DNA from: Spirochaetia bacterium
GTDB lineage: Bacteria; Spirochaetota; Spirochaetia; SZUA-6; Bin103
Direction: 5' to 3'
Assembly (NCBI GenBank): GCA_965208575.1
Contig: CBDBOV010000006.1
Coordinates: forward strand, 1,504,001-1,568,000
DNA: 64,000 nucleotides
The notes beneath the pieces are model-generated. The model saw only the letters and a list, made by a program, of their open reading frames with translations, did not search any database and was not told the origin of the DNA. The position numbers were made by a program, and so were the translations under genes. Numbering within the stretch: the stretch's first letter is position 1; every line of letters begins with the position of its first letter. Positions 59,044-64,000 of this stretch are shown piece after piece.

Positions 59044-62000
59044 ACCTGCAGGAAGTCCCGGAGCCGATCCTCAACTCGCCGTTCGAGGAACCCAGGGAGC
59101 ACTGGCGGATCACGGAACACGAGCCGCCCGAGCGGGTGCCCGGCCGCCGGCGCGCCATGTACTTCTACCGTCCGCCCGGACACGAGTCGTCCTCTGAGCA
59201 GGAAGGAGTGGGAACGGCCATCGGACTCAAGCTGGTCAACCGGATCCGTGCCCAGCTTGCCGAGTGGCGACCGCTTGCGCTGCGGGGTGAAGGCGGCGTG
59301 ACCCGCACCACCATGGAGTTGTTGCGCTACTGGCGGCGCGAAGGGCGCAAGCACCGCTTGTTCTTCGCCCAACTCGAGGCCGCCGAGACCGTGATCTTCC
59401 TGACCGAGGCACGGCCCGACCTCCTGCAGGGAATCGAGGTCCCACTCGACGAACCGAGTTCCGACGCCCAGGCAAACGGCTTCCGCGCCTTCCGTCGCTA
59501 CGCCTGCAAGATGGCAACCGGCACCGGTAAGACCGCAGTCATGGGCATGCTCGCCGCGTGGAGCATCCTCAACAAGATCAACTCCCGTGGGGATCGCCGT
59601 TATTCGGACACTGTGTTGGTGGTGTGCCCGAACGTTACCATTCGCAATCGGCTGGAAGAACTCAAGCCGCAGGGAGGCGAGGCCAGCCTGTACCGCACAC
59701 GTGATCTCGTGCCGCCACACCTCATGTCTTCTCTGGCGCAGGGCAGCGTGCTGGTCATGAACTGGCACGTGTTCGAGCCGAAGAGCGCGCAAGCCGACGG
59801 CCAGTCGAGCCGGGTGCTCCGCTCCGGGCAGGAGATCAGGACGCGAGAGACGATCCGCGTTGGCGCGAGATCCGCCACCGTGCGTGGGTCGCGCTATCTG
59901 ACGCTGGCGGATCTGAAACGGCAGGTAGAGCTCGGTCTGATTACGGTCCTTGACGAACAGCGCGAACGCCAAGGGAACCTCAAATCGGTCACCGTAGAGT
60001 CGGTGCGATACGTGGAGAGCAACAGCAAACTCGTCGATCGCGTGTTAGCGCGCGAAGTCGGAGGTAAAGGGAACATCCTCCTGATGAATGACGAAGCGCA
60101 TCACGCGTACCGGATCCGGCGCGAGGAGCCGGACGAGGTCGAGGAGGACCTGTTCGGCGATACCGATCAGACCGAGGAGTTCTTTCGCGAGGCCACGGTA
60201 TGGATCGACGGCCTGGATCGCATCCACAAGCTGCGCGGCATCAACCTGTGCGTCGACCTAACGGCGACACCCTACTACCTCGGCCGGGTCGGACAGGACG
60301 CGAATCGGCCCTTCCCCTGGGTGGTGAGTGATTTCGGACTAGTGGACGCAATCGAGTCAGGGCTGGTGAAGATCCCGCAGCTTGCGGCGCGCGACACGAG
60401 CGGCGCCGCAATCCCCGGCTACTTCAACATCTGGCGATGGATTCTGCCACGGCTTACCTCGGCCGAACGAGGCGGCCGCCGGGGCAGCGTGAAGCCGGAA
60501 GCGATCCTCAAGCATGCTCACGTTCCCATAGCGATGCTGGGCGGATTGTGGGAGCTGCTTCGCGGTGAGTGGGCACGGCGCTACGAGTCGGACCGCCCGC
60601 CGGTGTTCATCATCGTGTGCAAGAACACTGCGCTTGCCAAGGTCATCCATCGCTGGCTGGGCCATGACGATGCGCCGGTCGGGATACCGCCGGCGCGTCT
60701 CGATGGGCTGCGCAATACCGATGGAGACAACTACACGATACGGGTGGACTCCAAGGTCGTGCAGGAGTCGGACGGTGGGGAGGCCCGGTCCGATGCGGGC
60801 CGATGGATGCGTTTGACGCTCGACACCATCGGCAAGACGGCGTGGCCGCAGGACGCTCAGGCCCGCCCCCTCTATCCCGAGGGATTCGAGAACCTGGCCG
60901 AGAAACTGGAGAAGCCGTTGCATCCACCGGGGCGGGACGTACGTTGCATCGTCAGCGTCGGCATGCTCACCGAAGGGTGGGACTGCAATACGGTGACACA
61001 CATCATCGGTCTCCGGCCATTCATGTCGCAGTTGCTCTGTGAGCAGGTGGTGGGGCGAGGGTTGCGTCGGCTGAGTTATGCAGTGGAAGAGGACGGCAAG
61101 CTCGGCGAGGAGGTAGCGAAGATCTTCGGGGTACCGTTCGAGGTGATCCCGCTGAAGACTAACCCTCCCGGCGTGCCCAAGCCACCGCCGCAGACGTGGC
61201 GCATCCACGCCCTGCCGGAGCGCGCCGATCTGGAGATCAAGTTCCCGCGCGTCGAGGGATACACCTCTCGAATCCGCAATCGAATCCGTGTCGACTGGGG
61301 CAGCATCGCACCGCTGGTGCTTGATCCTCTGGACATTCCGCCCGAAGTGGAGATGAAGGCCGGGTTGCCCAGCAACACCGGGCGACCCTCACTGATCGGT
61401 CCCGGGCGGCTGGAGCAGGTCGATCTCAACCCCTACCGTCGAGGTCGGCGCCTGCAGCGCCTGGTGTTCGAGATGGCTCGCGATCTCACCCGCAACTATC
61501 GCCAGTCGCCCGACTGTGCGGCGCCGGCCCACGTCCTGTTCCCTCAACTCGCGACGGTGGTGCAACGCTACCTCGATCAGAAGGTGCGCCCCATCCCGCC
61601 GGCGCAACACGTCGATGCATTTCTCTCACCCTGGTACGGCTGGCTCCTGGAACGTCTTCTGGAGGCGATCCATCCAGCGGCAGACGACGGGGACCAGGGT
61701 GAGTTACCGCGCTCCGAGACGAACCGGGGACCGGGATCTACCGAAGAGGTCGACTTCGAGACCCGACGCGAGCCCTACCCGGTGACCAAGAGCCACGTCA
61801 ACGCGGTGGTGCCCGACACCGCCAAGTGGGAGCAATCGGCAGCCTACCAGATAGATCGCCACAAACAGGTGAGGTCATTCGTCAAGAATGCAGGCCTTGG
61901 ATTTGCCATCCCCTATCTGCACAACGGAGAACATCACGAGTACATTCCCGACTTCATCATTCACCTGAACAACATTGAGGCGCGCTACCTTATCTTGGAG

Positions 62001-62171
62001 ACCAAAGGATACGATGCCTTGCACGAGGTAAAAGAGCAAGCAGCCCTACGCTGGGTTCGCGCAGTGAACGATACAGCCAGCTTCGGTCACTGGGCATACG
62101 CCATGGTCACTGACATCTCCAAGGTAGACGACGCGGTCTCGAAGGCAGCCGCAAGGGGAGCAGGCCAGTGA
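59040..62171 (+). CDS. Type III-like restriction subunit (BPTD_3080-like SF2 helicase-nuclease)
   Basis: PILNSPFEEP, FFAQLEA, MATGTGKT, DEAHH, TATP, MLTEGWD, QVVGRGLRR, C-terminal YIPDF...LETKG. Confidence 0.9.
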   Translation: MNLQEVPEPILNSPFEEPREHWRITEHEPPERVPGRRRAMYFYRPPGHESSSEQEGVGTAIGLKLVNRIRAQLAEWRPLALRGEGGVTRTTMELLRYWRREGRKHRLFFAQLEAAETVIFLTEARPDLLQGIEVPLDEPSSDAQANGFRAFRRYACKMATGTGKTAVMGMLAAWSILNKINSRGDRRYSDTVLVVCPNVTIRNRLEELKPQGGEASLYRTRDLVPPHLMSSLAQGSVLVMNWHVFEPKSAQADGQSSRVLRSGQEIRTRETIRVGARSATVRGSRYLTLADLKRQVELGLITVLDEQRERQGNLKSVTVESVRYVESNSKLVDRVLAREVGGKGNILLMNDEAHHAYRIRREEPDEVEEDLFGDTDQTEEFFREATVWIDGLDRIHKLRGINLCVDLTATPYYLGRVGQDANRPFPWVVSDFGLVDAIESGLVKIPQLAARDTSGAAIPGYFNIWRWILPRLTSAERGGRRGSVKPEAILKHAHVPIAMLGGLWELLRGEWARRYESDRPPVFIIVCKNTALAKVIHRWLGHDDAPVGIPPARLDGLRNTDGDNYTIRVDSKVVQESDGGEARSDAGRWMRLTLDTIGKTAWPQDAQARPLYPEGFENLAEKLEKPLHPPGRDVRCIVSVGMLTEGWDCNTVTHIIGLRPFMSQLLCEQVVGRGLRRLSYAVEEDGKLGEEVAKIFGVPFEVIPLKTNPPGVPKPPPQTWRIHALPERADLEIKFPRVEGYTSRIRNRIRVDWGSIAPLVLDPLDIPPEVEMKAGLPSNTGRPSLIGPGRLEQVDLNPYRRGRRLQRLVFEMARDLTRNYRQSPDCAAPAHVLFPQLATVVQRYLDQKVRPIPPAQHVDAFLSPWYGWLLERLLEAIHPAADDGDQGELPRSETNRGPGSTEEVDFETRREPYPVTKSHVNAVVPDTAKWEQSAAYQIDRHKQVRSFVKNAGLGFAIPYLHNGEHHEYIPDFIIHLNNIEARYLILETKGYDALHEVKEQAALRWVRAVNDTASFGHWAYAMVTDISKVDDAVSKAAARGAGQ

Positions 62172-63523
62172 AGATCGCCAAGCCGGGAGGCGGTACGCCG
62201 ACCGAACGACTCCTTTCTAAACTGTGCGAGAGGACGTTCCTGAAGCTGTGGAGTTGGCCGAACCCGCGGAAGGACGATGGGAAGGAACTTTGCGATCTCC
62301 TCGCCCTGTTCGACGACCACGTATTCATCTTCTTCGACCGCGAGAACAAGGCGCTGCAGAACAAAGAGAAAGACATCGGCGTCACGTGGCCGCGATGGAA
62401 GAAGGATGCTATCGACAAACAGCTCAATACCGCCAAGGGCGCTGCCAGATACATCCGCGATAGACGTCCTATCTTCCTCGATACTGGGCGTGAGCAGTCG
62501 TTTCCCGGCGTGATGCCCGCGACGCCAACCATCCACAAGATCATCGTTGCTCACGGTGCCGCCGCGTTGTGCCAATCCCAAGCCACGAACATATCCGGAT
62601 CTCTCGCCATAATCTACACCAGTGACTCGGGAGTCGAGCAGCCATGTTGCATCAGATTGCGGAACGACGATCCCATACACGTGTTCGACAGCAGCAATCT
62701 TGAGATCATGCTGTCTGAGATTGACACGTTCCGTGACTTCGTTGGATTCATCGAGGAGAAAGAGCAGGCCACTCGACGGTACAACTGGTTCGGGTACTGT
62801 GGTGAGGAGGATCTGCTTGCCCACTACCTCGTGAACTACGACAAACATCGAAAACGTTATCGGATCGGCACGGATGACTCTACTATCAACCAGGTCATGA
62901 TCGAGGAAGGTTGCTGGGCAGACTTCGTGAAGAGTGGCCTGCAGCGGCGAAGACACGAAGCGAACCAACAGTCCTACTTCTGGGACAGGCTCATTCAGAG
63001 GACCTACCAGAACACGCTTGATGACGTCGCGACGGGAGACAGCATTTGGGACAGAAGCAATCCGTTAAATGAAATGGCACGCGAACCACGATTGTCACGC
63101 CGAGCTCTGGCAGATCACATGATCAAAGCCATACGAGAGTTCCCGCGAATCTACGGCCACCACGCGACCTACATGCCATCTATCGATGTCGGCAAAGCGT
63201 ACGTGTTCTTGCAGGTCAGGCTCCCCGAAGAGGCTACCACACGTGCCGTACGTGCCCGGCGGCACATGTTAACGATCGCGTGCGGTGTCGCGCGGAACCG
63301 GTTCCCTCATCTAAAAACTGTGGTCGGCATCGCGATGTACGCACCAATGCATGCCAATTGCGATGGCGAGGACTTCGTTCTGCTGGACTGCGAACGATGG
63401 TCGGATGAACAACGCTTATACTTCGATCGTGAGAACGAGCGGTTAGGATTCTTCAAGAACCCCAGGAAGATTGAACGGACGATCTCCGACTTCGCTTTTC
63501 CTAACCAGGAGGGTCACCTGTGA
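62168..63523 (+). CDS. Hypothetical protein with a NERD/PD-(D/E)xK-like N-terminus
   Basis: TPTERLLSKLCERTFLKLWSWPNP...KELCDLL...FIFFDRE. GTGA-coupled to Res. Confidence 0.6.
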   Translation: MKIAKPGGGTPTERLLSKLCERTFLKLWSWPNPRKDDGKELCDLLALFDDHVFIFFDRENKALQNKEKDIGVTWPRWKKDAIDKQLNTAKGAARYIRDRRPIFLDTGREQSFPGVMPATPTIHKIIVAHGAAALCQSQATNISGSLAIIYTSDSGVEQPCCIRLRNDDPIHVFDSSNLEIMLSEIDTFRDFVGFIEEKEQATRRYNWFGYCGEEDLLAHYLVNYDKHRKRYRIGTDDSTINQVMIEEGCWADFVKSGLQRRRHEANQQSYFWDRLIQRTYQNTLDDVATGDSIWDRSNPLNEMAREPRLSRRALADHMIKAIREFPRIYGHHATYMPSIDVGKAYVFLQVRLPEEATTRAVRARRHMLTIACGVARNRFPHLKTVVGIAMYAPMHANCDGEDFVLLDCERWSDEQRLYFDRENERLGFFKNPRKIERTISDFAFPNQEGHL

Positions 63524-63760
63524 GCGACTCGGCCGTCGACGTTCCAGGAGATACACGTTGCGGTCGCCGTCGAAATCGGACGCTCTCGAGGGCGAGTACG
63601 AGCAACTGGTCGATGATGGACCACCCGCCGAAACCAGGAATTCTGCTGCTGCCACAACTGGACAATCCGAGCCGTGATCTTCCATCGAGTTGGCCGACTC
63701 GGTTTCGTATGGCTGCTGTTGCGTTCCTCATGAACAGGTAGGCGGCGGTCATTAGATGCT
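63520..63760 (+). pseudogene. Probable decayed next gene of the operon
   Basis: GTGA overlap and AGGAGG RBS at the start, but only short open frames follow. Confidence 0.3.
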
Positions 63761-64000
63761 ACGCCCGGGTGCAGTGGCAGATGCAGAGACTTGGGGAAAG
63801 TCACTGTCTAAGTACCGATACCCGGTTGATCTGAGAGAGTTCCACAGCGATACGGAACACCGGGGCTGGTTCGAACTGAATTTCAGTTCCGGGGATCCGA
63901 GTCAGACGACGGATTTCGAGGCTCGATTCAGAAGGCCGGCTCCCTATCACTTGGAGGCATGGGCGGAGGTGACCTTCTGGAAGCTCTACTCTCGCAGAGG

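Noticed and set aside
63520-64000. Possible Shedu/DUF4263 remnant
   Set aside because: No recognisable catalytic motif could be read in any frame.

Overview
High-GC bacterial DNA in which host housekeeping and transport genes alternate with three defence-rich accessory blocks. Host-like genes: a sulfatase, a glycoside-hydrolase-like protein, a sugar ABC importer, a DrrAB-type exporter, PhyH, SDR, a complete Rrf2-sufBCDSU-nfu Fe-S operon, a YtrA/GntR-ABC exporter and an HD protein. Block 1 (1-14.7 kb): an Abi_C-type gene; a DUF1156 methylase and DUF499 ATPase (restriction-like module) enclosing a MAD3/MAD4-like ATPase pair; a 1461-aa membrane KAP NTPase with 14 YCF48/BNR repeats; and a decayed HEPN-MNT relic. 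Block 2 (17-28.9 kb): an MT-A70/BglII-family RM pair, a second Abi_C gene, and a broken nuclease-NTPase-type gene interrupted by a 3.6-kb DDE/ExeA element. Block 3 (47-64 kb): an AbrB-PIN TA pair, Fic, a 1736-aa Avs-like STAND NTPase, and a type III-like Mod / ATPase-TOPRIM / Res / nuclease-like operon. The most notable signals are: (i) two independent methylase systems that each have an ABC-ATPase(+TOPRIM-like) module wedged inside; (ii) the double-propeller KAP membrane protein; (iii) a ParD-lipocalin fusion whose TA-type promoter heads a sulfatase operon; (iv) a 14-codon relic of the ATPase-TOPRIM gene start coupled to fic. No rRNA, tRNA or CRISPR array was seen. All family calls come from motif recognition by eye, not from database searches.
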